Below are positions 40,620 to 51,234 of a stretch of 64,000 nucleotides of DNA, in pieces (the first letter of the stretch is position 1; every line of letters starts with the position of its first letter). Source of the DNA: Eukaryota sp. TZLM1-RC (taxonomy: Eukaryota; Protista; Metamonada: BaSk clade); NCBI GenBank assembly GCA_040285825.1, contig JAUPSS010000006.1:1-64000 (forward strand). Reading direction: 5' to 3'. The notes under the pieces are model-generated. The model was not told the origin of the DNA and ran no database searches. It worked only from the letters and a program-made list of their open reading frames with translations. The translations under genes were made by a program, and so were the position numbers.

Positions 40620-41770
40620 TTACTTTATAATACACAATTTATGATTTAACGAACTCAAAACAAAATAAGGATAATAAAAATCACCATCTAATCTAGGTAA
40701 TTCACCATTTAAATCAACATAACCTGAACCAACCTCCTTCAAATTAATGGTGTAATTAACTAAATCAACAGTGATTTCAATTACATCAGCTTTTTTCCAT
40801 TGTGTATGGCTTCCTGAGGTGTTGAGGGGTAGACCACCTCCATTCCAACAACCATAGACATCAAAGTCATTAAAACTAGTAAAGTTGAACTTCTTCCCAG
40901 CAATTACACCAATAAATATACCACCATCATCACCTTCATAACTAACCCTCCATTTATGAATATGACCATGCTTCAAGGGTTTATCTCCTCTAATTGGTTG
41001 GTCGACATAATTATCACCACTTTTAGCCACCAAACCATCATGAGAAACTGAAACCTTATAATTCTTATATTCTTTGGAAAAAACCACACCACCAAAAGAT
41101 TGAGCAACATTACTGTGGTTTTGGGTTCACCAAACTTAGTGGAATCAACAACATTCATGATTTTTTTAGCAATTTCGAGGAATTTACCCTCAATTCTAGA
41201 AATATTATGATTTACATCAGAGAAACAGCTTTTGATCTCATTCTTTAAACAAGGAGCAGTTTGGTTGAGGGTAACAGGATTTCCAGAAAAAAAGACGTCA
41301 GTGGAGCTTGGAACCTTGCAAGAGTCAATGCAAGATTTGAGGGATGCTAGGCAATCGCCGATCGATCGGGAGAGTTGAGATGTGGCTTCACTGGCTACTT
41401 CTTTGGCTTGGAAAAGGCATTGTTCAAGGTTATTGTTTATGGTGGTAATGGTGGTGGTGTAGGAATCAAGAGCTTCATGAAGTGGGAGCATATTGCCATG
41501 AGAAGAATGACCGTCCACAAGACAGCAGTTGACGCAGACAGGAATTGAGCATTGTTGACAAAAGTACTGTAGGGGCTTTGTTTTGTGCTTCGTACACTTC
41601 TTAGGGAGAAGGGTATTTTCATTGAGGGGAACCGCCGTGTGAGACCGGAACATACTAATTGCGTGTACACTGTCAGAGCAACTGTAGCATAAGGAAGAAG
41701 AACAATCGTGGCAAACCAGGGAAGCAGGAGCTTCCTGACAGTTTTCACAAACAGGAGGAGTGAGGGACAT
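40620..41770 (-). CDS. B-box/B-box/coiled-coil/SPRY-like protein (TRIM-like, no RING), frameshift near 41115
   Basis: CENC...CHDC...CYSC...H...H and CTKH...CQQC...CVNC...H B-boxes; SPRY-like WRVSY..IFIGV..DVIEITVD..YPYF. Paralog of 47907-49055. Confidence 0.82.
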
Positions 41771-41819
41771 GTAATCAACTAATTGGTGTTTGAATACACT
41801 TTTGGTAAAGATGATTTAA

Positions 41820-41935
41820 GAGAACCTTTAGCTAGACAGCAAGCGGATCAAGATTTTGTAGAGGAAATCTTGGTTCAATGATATTCGTCTCATTAGATAT
41901 GAATTAATTTTATTAAGTGTGCATGTTCAATAAAT
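41820..41935 (+). mobile_element. 3' stub of a family-B-like element
   Basis: Encodes LARQQADQDFVEEILV followed by a UTR ending in AATAAA. Confidence 0.75.
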
Positions 41936-42295
41936 TGATGACAAATAGTTTTCAAGGATTTAGTGTGCTTAATGCCACGTCACTCAGTTACAGATTTCAG
42001 TCAATTCCCTTGGAGTGATCACTATCTTGCAAATATGCCAGGGTTTCTGAGTACCTATTTGAATTGGTTAATTATTTAATTTATTTAAGTATATTTGAAA
42101 AGGTTTCATTGAGTGAATGAGCCAGAGAAAATCTGTGAAAAAACAAAATACAAACTAACTAAATTGATAAAGTAACATTCCAATAAAGTAAAAAACGTAT
42201 TAAATCTATAGAAGAATTTGAGTCTCAAAGACAAAAAACAGATTCTTGGTTTAATAATACTTTAATTTACTTTGAATTTAATAATTAATATACAT

Positions 42296-44479
42296 TTATT
42301 TAAAATCAACCACATCAGAGGTCCAACCTTTTTTATTAAAGATAACCGACCTCAAATGGCCAAAATTGTGATGACTTTCATTTATCTTTGATTGGCTATC
42401 TGATTGCTTAGTTGATTGATTAGTTGATTGGCTATCTGTACCTCTAGGCTTGTTGCAAACAGAAGGGATTGGTGTAACTTGATCCTTATTCAAAATATTG
42501 GGACATGACTCCCAAAAATTAGGTGTAAAATTGTACCAAAAGCTTGATCGAGAAGTAAAAGTGACAGATTCTGCCAAATATTTGGAATAAAGCTCACTTT
42601 GCTCCACAAAATTTCGAGGAAGTTCAATTGTGCTCAATCCAGATTTGCTGGTCAAAACCAGGTCAAATCCAACTTGATCCATTCTTAGACAAGGTAATAC
42701 AGGCTTTGATAGAAAAATACGATTTTGAATAAAGTCGAAAATATACAAAAATGAATCTATTATTAAAAACAAAAAGAACCCACATTGTGAAAAATTACTT
42801 AAAACTGAAATTTTGGTGAAAGCATTGGAAATTTTCAGCCCGTGGTTAATTTTGAAACACTTAAAATTTGTAATATTAACAAGAAAAAAGCAAGAGTTAG
42901 TGAGAAAAAATACAAAGGCTCCCGTATCGTGGAGGCAATATGACAAGATCAAATTTTCGGGAGAAGAGATCACAAATGAAATCAGTGAGCTCTTGTCAAG
43001 ATGAACAAAAATTTGGTTTGCATTATTGGGAACAACAAATACCGAATATTTACAATCATTTAAGGTCAAATAAGCCTTGAAAATTCTACAAGAATTTTGA
43101 ACCACACCGGAATCAGCAAGTTCAAAATTTTGAATCATTTTGACTGTATGCAGCTCATAATTCAATTCAAAAAGATTGAATTTTTGGTCCAGCAAATAAA
43201 ACAACTGTTCCGATCGATCGGAGGTGAGTAGATCCAATATTTTGGGAAAATTTCGTTGTGCAACAATAGAATTTGTAACAACATTAAATGTAAATACTTC
43301 ATCAAAATTTTCACTACTAGAACGACAAATAAGGATCACAGATGGTGAAAGGGGTAATGAAAAAAATGAATTCTGTTCAGCGTGGAAAATATTTGAAATT
43401 TTGGGCAAGGGGAACAATTTTTGATCACAAAAAACAAAACATGTGCAGTGACTATCATTCAGAGCAATAAAACCTAAATTTTCAAAATTTTGCGACAAAT
43501 TAGAAGAAGTTGATCTACAAGAAGAGCTCATAAATGAATTTTTGAGCGGAACTTTGGGAAAAGGTCCAATTGAATGATTCAAAGAGAAGACTATAGAAGT
43601 TCCAATATTATTTATTCCAATTAAATTAATTTTTAAATCATGAATTGACCAAAATAAACTTGAATTGATGAAAATGCAACAATCAGAAATTGATGGAAGA
43701 GACAACTTGGTTGACACTTGGAATAGATCAACTGTAGATAGAAACGAAATTTTAGTGTTGTCATGAAAGATGACAATCTGTTCATTGTCGATAATCGAAA
43801 TATTTTGAACCAATTGTATTTCCAGAGCTGATAGAAATTCGCCTGAGGAGATTTTAAAAAAATATAAAAAATTAGAATAGTAAAAAACAAAAAAATCATG
43901 ATTGGAAGTGTAAATTAATTCTGCCCGGTTCTTTATTTGCAAATTCTTTGGGGTGATATTGTTAAAAATACTATTTAAATCATATTGATATAACGCCATA
44001 TTTGTAACAATTATTTGAGAATTATTAAAAACATTAGAACAAATTAAAATAGTCTCACTCAAAATTTCGGGCGGTGAAATTTTCACCTTAAATGGAGAAA
44101 AAGAGGAGACGTCCAAGTTAAACAAATAGTTTGCAGAATAGATCGAGAGAAAACCTTCAGAAAAGACGCATCCATCAATTCCAGAATCCATTGTCAACTT
44201 GGCAACTACCGTCAGCTCCGGGAGATGCAGAACAAAGCAGAAATTGCCACAAGTAAGGGCGACGAAAGAGGAGAACGAACTGACAGATGTAATTGGGTGA
44301 GGCAGGACACGTGATGTGAGAGTAGAGGGTAGATGAAAGGAAGAAAGAACATGGCCAGTAGCGTAAACTAGACAGGAATGGTTAAGTGCTGATTTAGCAA
44401 GAGTTGAGTGGTGAGATGAAGGAAGAGCATAGTGATTTATAGGAGGAAGTGGAGCAGTGGGGAGTGACTGCAGAAGCAT
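42296..44479 (-). CDS. Hypothetical protein (~727 aa), possibly a divergent beta-propeller
   Basis: Long uninterrupted ORF with first ATG at 44479 and beta-strand-like periodicity; no firm motif recognised. Confidence 0.65.
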   Translation of the reverse strand: MLLQSLPTAPLPPINHYALPSSHHSTLAKSALNHSCLVYATGHVLSSFHLPSTLTSRVLPHPITSVSSFSSFVALTCGNFCFVLHLPELTVVAKLTMDSGIDGCVFSEGFLSIYSANYLFNLDVSSFSPFKVKISPPEILSETILICSNVFNNSQIIVTNMALYQYDLNSIFNNITPKNLQIKNRAELIYTSNHDFFVFYYSNFLYFFKISSGEFLSALEIQLVQNISIIDNEQIVIFHDNTKISFLSTVDLFQVSTKLSLPSISDCCIFINSSLFWSIHDLKINLIGINNIGTSIVFSLNHSIGPFPKVPLKNSFMSSSCRSTSSNLSQNFENLGFIALNDSHCTCFVFCDQKLFPLPKISNIFHAEQNSFFSLPLSPSVILICRSSSENFDEVFTFNVVTNSIVAQRNFPKILDLLTSDRSEQLFYLLDQKFNLFELNYELHTVKMIQNFELADSGVVQNSCRIFKAYLTLNDCKYSVFVVPNNANQIFVHLDKSSLISFVISSPENLILSYCLHDTGAFVFFLTNSCFFLVNITNFKCFKINHGLKISNAFTKISVLSNFSQCGFFLFLIIDSFLYIFDFIQNRIFLSKPVLPCLRMDQVGFDLVLTSKSGLSTIELPRNFVEQSELYSKYLAESVTFTSRSSFWYNFTPNFWESCPNILNKDQVTPIPSVCNKPRGTDSQSTNQSTKQSDSQSKINESHHNFGHLRSVIFNKKGWTSDVVDFK

Positions 44480-44927
44480 GTATTCATTGGAATTGGTGAG
44501 GTCGACAAACTTCTCAAAGAAAATGGTCCTACCACACGTTGTTTTGTTTTGGAACAAACAAAAAAAAGCGCTTCCTCGTTAACCAACTCCATTTTGAATA
44601 ACTTGAAGCAGTTTGATAATAAGCAAGTTGATGTTCATGTGAATGAAAATCTACTGTGATTCAATGCATGCGGTTTCAGTAGGCAAAAGGTCAAGATATG
44701 CTTTTTCGTTTGATTTTTAAAACGTGATTGTTCCAGGAATAAAAAAATTAATTAATTCGTTCTGAAACCAACAAAATTAATAATTTAATGTATAACTATT
44801 ATATATAAGTTTTTATTTGCATATTTATATATTTTCTACGAAGAATCAAATAAAAACAAATACTGAATATAATGTTATTATTTATTAGTTTAATTATTTA
44901 TGCTTCAGTTGAACCGAGAAACCAAAA

Positions 44928-44999
44928 TTCGCATACCGGGAATCGAACCCGGGTCTAGTATGTGAAAGACACTAATGCTAGCCACTACACCATATGCGA
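44928..44999 (-). tRNA. trnE-UUC: tRNA-Glu (TTC)
   Basis: Acceptor stem TCGCATA/TATGCGA, anticodon arm AGTGT-CTTTCAC-ATACT, T arm CCGGG-TTCGATT-CCCGG, followed by TTTT. Confidence 0.96.
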
Positions 45000-45502
45000 T
45001 TACATTTGATGATATCTGCTGTGAGGTGGGGTACTTAAATCAAAAATCATCCAAAGAGCGATATATTGTATTTCATACACTAAAATTGACAAAAAAGTTG
45101 TGTGTTTTCTTGGTATTGCAGTTAAAACATCGTCAACTGAATTAAACAATCGAATACTGAATTTAATACTCCAATTTGTTGTTAATTAATTTGTTAAGCT
45201 TTGGTGTGTCCGAACCAGATAAAAAAACACGAAAATATCTCACTAATATACAACTGAGTAACGGACATTAATAAGGGATTTTAAAAAAAATTAAGGCAGC
45301 TAATAATAAAAATTCATCATGTACTGGAGCTTGAATTAAAAAAAGCTTGTTTTGATATAAATCAGAAAAAATTAAATTAAAAGCGAAAACAATGCTGACG
45401 AATCTGCTGTAAATAACATACATTTTGACCCAAAAATCCCACACAAAACTAGTCAAAGACAGATAGTGCTTGAGGTTAACAGTAGACAAACAAAACAAAA
45501 CA

Positions 45503-46090
45503 CTATACTGTTAATGACCTATTGTCCTCGCCATCATAAACATCTACAACAGGTGAAATGGTAGGATCGTCTCTATTCACAATAAGATCAATCCCTCTGT
45601 TCTTACCTGATAAGGAAAGTACAGACCCTTCATTCCCAGCCTGAACGTAGAGTGGAACACCCTCTGCACCATCATATGCAGCGATATGGAGAGAGTCATC
45701 CTCTGCAAGAGAGACAATGGCTCGTACATCCCCTTCATTATTCATCAAAGAGACTGAAGGACAGTTATCGTCATCAAGTTCCACTGCCATTCCAACAGTT
45801 TTATCGTTTTTCATGAGAACTATACGGGGTTTGTCATCTTTGGTGTATAACCCAATGCGAGGGTTTGCATCTGTAAGTTTAGCTCCAGGGCTTCCTGTGC
45901 ATATGAATAATTTTCTGCAAGATACCTCATCAGCAATGATCCGCTTTGGAGTTGAGAAAAGTTGTTTTAATAGCACAATAACGCAAATCGTGACAGATAG
46001 AAATCCTAGGGTAACAGACATGTTGATAGGATCGAGCTTGGAGTAATGTGATTTAAGATAAGACGTCGGTTGATCATGTAAATGGGGCAT
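45503..46090 (-). CDS. Hypothetical single-pass membrane protein with a repetitive beta-rich C-terminus (start at 46090 or 46021)
   Basis: TM segment VTLGFLSVTICVIVLL followed by repeats such as PRIGLYTKDDKPRIVL and PSVSLMNNEGDVRAIV. Confidence 0.7.
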   Translation of the reverse strand: MPHLHDQPTSYLKSHYSKLDPINMSVTLGFLSVTICVIVLLKQLFSTPKRIIADEVSCRKLFICTGSPGAKLTDANPRIGLYTKDDKPRIVLMKNDKTVGMAVELDDDNCPSVSLMNNEGDVRAIVSLAEDDSLHIAAYDGAEGVPLYVQAGNEGSVLSLSGKNRGIDLIVNRDDPTISPVVDVYDGEDNRSLTV

Positions 46091-46217
46091 TTGAGATGGT
46101 GGTTGAGAGGCAGTTGACAAGGTAAGGATTTGGTATCTTAGATTGTTGTGGATAGCTGTGGATTGTTCAAACAACTTTCATTTGACCACATTTTCCAAGC
46201 TCCAATAACAACACCGC

Positions 46218-47117
46218 ATGTCTGATCGTAAACCAATCAATAAGTACATCCCATCTGATTTTGATCCCTCCAAAATTACTAAGGGTAGAAAGGGTAGTCA
46301 TATGAATGCTGTACGTATGATGTTGCCAATGTCTGTACGATGTAAAAAGTGTGGTGACTTCACTTATGTGGGAACCAAGTTTAATGCAAAGAAAGAAGTA
46401 GTCTGGGACGAGACCTACTTGGGTATCAAAGTGTTCAGATTCTACATGCGATGTCGTTTATGTTCTTCTGAATTTACTGTCAAAACTGATCCCAAAAACC
46501 AAGACTATATCGTAGAACATGGCGCAGAACGAGCTTATGAACCCTGGAGGGAACGTGAGCGCCAGGAAAAGCTTGAAACAGAACTACAAAAGAAGAAGGA
46601 AGAGCTTGATAATACAGCTGCAATACAGCTTAAATCTGAGCAAACTAGAAAACAATTCGAGGACTTGGACCAATTAGATTACCTCAAGCGATTAGCTAGC
46701 AAGCAGAATAGAATCCCCGCAGATAAACTGAGGTCAGTTATTGAAAGAGAACCTGAAAGTCACACCATTGATTCATCTATCAGTTCGATACAGTGCCCCT
46801 CAGAAGTTGTTATATCTCGAGCTGGTGAAGAAATAAAGGTTGGAGGAGACCTGGAACCCAAGCAGGGTTTCAAGAATGAGGAAGGTAGTCCTCTTCAGGA
46901 GGTACGATCTGTTTCACCCCCATACGAGATCACTAGTACCAACACTTCGTCATTAATTCTGGATCATCTCGTTGAGTCGGAGGATGAAACTATTGTAGAA
47001 GGGGAACAAGTGCCTCAAGAAGAAACCTCACGAGCCAGATTGCAACACAGTGAGGATGTAGTTGAAATGCCAAAGAAGAAGCCCTCATTGGTGTGTTATT
47101 CAGATGAAGACGAATAA
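46218..47117 (+). CDS. YJU2: Splicing factor YJU2/CWC16 (CCDC94 family)
   Basis: MSDRKPINKYIPSDFDP, VRMMLPM, CxxC...KFNAKKE, YLGIKVFRFY..CxxC..KTDPKN. Confidence 0.93.
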   Translation: MSDRKPINKYIPSDFDPSKITKGRKGSHMNAVRMMLPMSVRCKKCGDFTYVGTKFNAKKEVVWDETYLGIKVFRFYMRCRLCSSEFTVKTDPKNQDYIVEHGAERAYEPWRERERQEKLETELQKKKEELDNTAAIQLKSEQTRKQFEDLDQLDYLKRLASKQNRIPADKLRSVIEREPESHTIDSSISSIQCPSEVVISRAGEEIKVGGDLEPKQGFKNEEGSPLQEVRSVSPPYEITSTNTSSLILDHLVESEDETIVEGEQVPQEETSRARLQHSEDVVEMPKKKPSLVCYSDEDE

Positions 47118-47159
47118 TGAAACATCTTTATTATAGGCTACATTGATACATTTGTACAT

Positions 47160-47486
47160 TTACAACTCTGAACACGTAGAGTTGAGTTGCAGAAACTTGT
47201 TGCGGAATGAGATGAATTGTGTTGAACTTAGTTCGATGGTTCTGCTAGAGTCATCAGAGAATAGGATGTTTAAAATAAATACTGGTTCAACATTAGAAGA
47301 TATGGATGTAGAACAAGTAAACTGAAGCTTGACATCTATGTCCTTGATTGATAGCATTGTGGCAGTTGAAACTTTTGTTTCTGGACTTGTTTTTGGGGTT
47401 GAAATTATTCTGGGCAACACATCGTTCAACAACTCAAGCTCTGTATCTTTGAAACCCGCCTCTACAGCATCCAAACAGTTCATCAC
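47160..47486 (-). CDS. Possible COMM-domain protein (5' exon structure uncertain)
   Basis: IKDIDVKLQF..STS..VEPVFILNILFSD..RTIELS..QF..FR resembles the COMM domain pattern. Confidence 0.5.
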   Translation of the reverse strand: MMNCLDAVEAGFKDTELELLNDVLPRIISTPKTSPETKVSTATMLSIKDIDVKLQFTCSTSISSNVEPVFILNILFSDDSSRTIELSSTQFISFRNKFLQLNSTCSEL

Positions 47487-47906
47487 TTATGATTCTGGAA
47501 ATTCACCATATGGTGAAAATGAATCAGGTATTGCGCCGATCCCTTGAAAATAATCAAATCACATCTGTTTTACCAATCAAAACCATTGAGATTTCTTTTA
47601 ATTTTCTTCCTTAACAACTACGCTAAAATATGGCTTCAGGATTCAATAACACCCTATGTGTGTATACGTTTGCGGTTTCGAAACGGATTTCTCATGTTGA
47701 CTTCCAATTAATCTGTTCCAATTCTGTTTCTCACATCTGTTATGCGTCTCCAAAGAGAAAAAATTGGCAATCAATGATTTGACCAATAGATGATAACCAC
47801 TTGGTAAATTGCCTCATATCAAACAAATCAGATATAATATGAATTATGTAATTATAAATATATGGATATTTAATATCTTACAGTGTGGACCTTAGTTATT
47901 GAATAC

Positions 47907-49055
47907 ATGACCCTCTCTCCTCCTCAATGTGAAAACTGTCAGGAAGCTCCTGCTTCCCTGGTTTGCCACGATTGTTCTTCTTCCTTATGTCACAGTTGCT
48001 CTGACAGTGTACACGCAATTAGTATGTTCCGGTCTCACACGGCCGTTCCCCTCAATGAAAATACCCTTCTCCCTAAGAAGTGTACGAAGCACAAAACAAA
48101 GCCCTTAGAATATTTTTGTGAACTGTGCTCAATTCCTGTCTGCGTCAACTGCTGTCTTGTGGACGGTCACTCTTCTCATGGCGATATGCTCGCTGTTGAT
48201 GAAGTCTTTGATTCCTACACCACCACCATTACCACCATAAACAATAACCTTGAACAATGCCTTTGCCAAGCCAAAGAAGTAGCCAGTGAAGCCACATCTC
48301 AACTCTCCCGATCGATCGGCGATTGCCTAGCATCCCTCAAATCTTGCATTGACTCTTGCAAGGTTCCAAGCTCCACTGACGTCTTTTTTTCTGGAAATCC
48401 TGTTACCCTCAACCAAACTGCTCCTTGTTTAAAGAATGAGATTAAAAGCTGTTTTTCTGATGCAAAAGATAATATTTCTAGAATTGAGGGTAAATTCATC
48501 GAAATTGCTGAAAAAATCAAGAATGTTGTTGATTCCACTAAGTTTGGTGAACCCAAAATCACCAGTAATGTTGCTCAATCTTTTGGTGGTGTGGTTTTTT
48601 CCAAGGAATACAAGCATGATATGGTTTCAGTTTCTCATGATGGTTTAGTAGCTAAAAGTGATGGTGATCTTGTTAACCAACCAATTAGAGGAGATAAACC
48701 CTTGAAGCATGGTCATATTCATAAATGGAGGGTTAGTTATGAAGGTCATGATGGTGGTATATTTATTGGTGTAATTGCCGGGAAGAAGTTTGACTCTCTT
48801 CAGTGGAATAACTCTGATGTCTTTGGTTGCTCAAACGGTGGTACGCTTATTAACACGTCGGGAATTGTTGAACAAATGACTGCTGGTGATGTAGTTGAAA
48901 TCACTGTTGATTTAGTTAATTACACCATTAATTTGAAGGCGGTTGATTCAGGTTTTGTTGATTTAAATGGTGACTTACCTAGATTAGATGGTGATTTTTA
49001 TTATCCTGTTTTCAACATGTACTGGGCAAATCACAGATTGTTTATTGTAGAGTAA
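47907..49055 (+). CDS. B-box/B-box/coiled-coil/SPRY-like protein, intact copy
   Basis: Same domain motifs as 40620-41770; ATG at 47907. Confidence 0.85.
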   Translation: MTLSPPQCENCQEAPASLVCHDCSSSLCHSCSDSVHAISMFRSHTAVPLNENTLLPKKCTKHKTKPLEYFCELCSIPVCVNCCLVDGHSSHGDMLAVDEVFDSYTTTITTINNNLEQCLCQAKEVASEATSQLSRSIGDCLASLKSCIDSCKVPSSTDVFFSGNPVTLNQTAPCLKNEIKSCFSDAKDNISRIEGKFIEIAEKIKNVVDSTKFGEPKITSNVAQSFGGVVFSKEYKHDMVSVSHDGLVAKSDGDLVNQPIRGDKPLKHGHIHKWRVSYEGHDGGIFIGVIAGKKFDSLQWNNSDVFGCSNGGTLINTSGIVEQMTAGDVVEITVDLVNYTINLKAVDSGFVDLNGDLPRLDGDFYYPVFNMYWANHRLFIVE

Positions 49056-50044
49056 TTGTGTTTGGATTGTTTTATAAATCATTTTGACGGAATCATTGGT
49101 GTTTATTTTCTCTTTTTTAATTATATAATATTGAGCAAAAATGGTCATTTTCTGCCGATTCTCAAATAGATAAGGATTGATTAGTAAAAGATATAAAATA
49201 ACAATTTAGATCTACTTCATTTAAACTTTCGTAAGTTCATCAAGAAGTTTATTTAACATTGATTTTAAGGAAAAATGACAAAGAAATGTACACAACAGAA
49301 CAAATTCAAATTACTGAACTAAATCAACCATCAAACAGGTCGTTTTTTCACGGAACTTTTGATGATTATTCACATTATTATTTGTTACTTTGACCTTTGA
49401 TTAACAGTGTGCAGGTGGTCATTTCTTATATCAACTTGCATATCAAACCACTCACTCTTCGGTCAATGTGGTTCAAAATTCTACAATGATGAAGCATTAA
49501 GGATCTGCAAATTCATTATTTATGTTTAATTTTGTGGTGGGAAATGATTTTGTATTTGTTTATTCGACTTCTGATTTGAATGGTCGTTGATATATCTGTG
49601 GATACTATTTACTGGTGACCTAACCCATATATCATAAATTGAATATTAAATTGAATATTCACAAATTAAAATGCACTGTGTCATTTTTCGACTGAAATGG
49701 TGTACTTTAATTTATGCTTTTTTCCATTTTCTTTGTTTACTTCAATAACTAGCATCTTGAACCTGACATCTACAGCTCGGCATATTGAGTCTAATATGCT
49801 CGACCTAATATTCGTAATGAATCAGAACAAATACATGCTTTATTAGATGGGAATCAATAGGAGTATTCAAATAATATCTTGTTTTTGTTACAAAAGCTTA
49901 TAATTTAGATCTTCGTAATCCTTTATTGAATTGAGTTGGCTGAAAAATGAATGTGTTTTTAACAAAATGTCAGTGGAAAACTTTATAAGAAAGTCAAAAC
50001 CGCCAAAAAAATCACCATCAAGATTCGAATAGTCCGAATCTTTT

Positions 50045-50168
50045 AAATCTTTCTTCGTGGTACAATATTCACAAACAGTAAAGAATATTATTACTGATTT
50101 TCACAAACTCCTCTTTCCAACAACAACAATGGATGAACATCTTGATTTAAAACAGCCGAGCTGCAAAT
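50045..50168 (-). mobile_element. Internal fragment of a family-B-like element
   Basis: Similar to 34800-34915 (shares GATTTAAAACAGCCGAGCTGCAAAT). Confidence 0.6.
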
Positions 50169-50404
50169 TTTTAAAATTTCTGGTTTTACTTCAACTTTTC
50201 TACACACAGAAACTTGATGGAAATATTTGACATTTCTTTTAAAATCTCAGTAAATTTTTCCATGTCTACAGACAAACCATACAATAATTTGATATAATAA
50301 CATAATACATGGAATCATTTCGATTCTCGGTTCAGGATTTGGTGAATTACACATGGCCAGTTTTGTTGTAATTCATTTAAGCACTAAACTATTAATTACT
50401 TTCA

Positions 50405-50745
50405 AAATTACTTTTTAGAGTGCGTATTTTGGTTTCAGGGTTGACAAGCATGTAATTCTCCAAACACGTCGCCAATAGAGCAAGAAGAAGAATTTTGTTG
50501 GGTATTTATTGTGTGTGAAATGGAAATAACTTTGAAGAAATCCGTGAGGTTTGGAAATTACTTGAGTGTTCTATAAATTATTCAAATTGTGCATATAAAT
50601 CCAAACATTTTTTTCAGGAGTTGTTCCCATGATGAACTGTACAAATTATTCAAACAATTCTCAAACCAACTTCGCTCATCCAATGCTCAACGCAGCTTTT
50701 TCACCTTCACAGATTCTAACAGATTTTCACAACAGCCCTCTCCTT
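50405..50745 (+). pseudogene. Truncated paralog of the BTB gene: upstream region plus the first ~20 codons
   Basis: 50410-50597 matches 60245-60432, and 50681-50744 matches 60534-60600. Confidence 0.75.
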
Positions 50746-50819
50746 GCATCTAGTTGTTTTGTTGTGGAAGAGATGGATTATTAGATGTTGATTTATAAAT
50801 TCCGCAGATTTATGGTGTA

Positions 50820-51078
50820 TTTTAAAATGACGACCAATGGACCACCGCTATGAGAATGCGTTGTTCTTTGTGGCCCTGTAATGTGCCCAATGATTTGTTT
50901 TGCAAATGTGGAGCTGGTTTGACTTGATCACATCTATTCAATTACAACAGTTTTATTTCCTATCGTTCCACTTTGCATGATGCTATCAGAGATCAAATCA
51001 ATGCAATGTGCACGTCCTATCATATTGAATTATTTGCAGAACCGTTGTTGAGGTCTCTTGATATAGATGAAAAAGTAA
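50820..51078 (+). mobile_element. Family D CRE-like fragment, left half (interrupted by the LTR element)
   Basis: Encodes MRMRC.LWPCN..NDL.CKC...LHDAIRDQ...EPLLRSLD; continues at 58500. Confidence 0.8.
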
Positions 51079-51234
51079 TGATGATCTGTGGGGGTTAGAC
51101 ATTGAGTATACCTTAAATGTAATTTATTACAGGGAAATAAGGATTTCCCTAAACTTAAGCGCATAGGCGCAATAAATACAAATACTATTAATAAACTATA
51201 AATAAACTATTATAAATATTATCCAAGGCTAACA
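51079..51234 (-). repeat. 3' LTR
   Basis: Identical to 58340-58495. Confidence 0.97.

Noticed and set aside
47480-47495. Stop-codon reassignment (in-frame TAA upstream of the COMM-like ORF)
   Set aside because: Paralogous genes end at TAA/TAG and long ORFs lack in-frame TAR codons, so the standard code fits.
40620-49055. Diversity-generating retroelement acting on the SPRY genes
   Set aside because: Differences are not adenine-specific, there is no template repeat, and the nearby RTs are CRE or Gypsy type.
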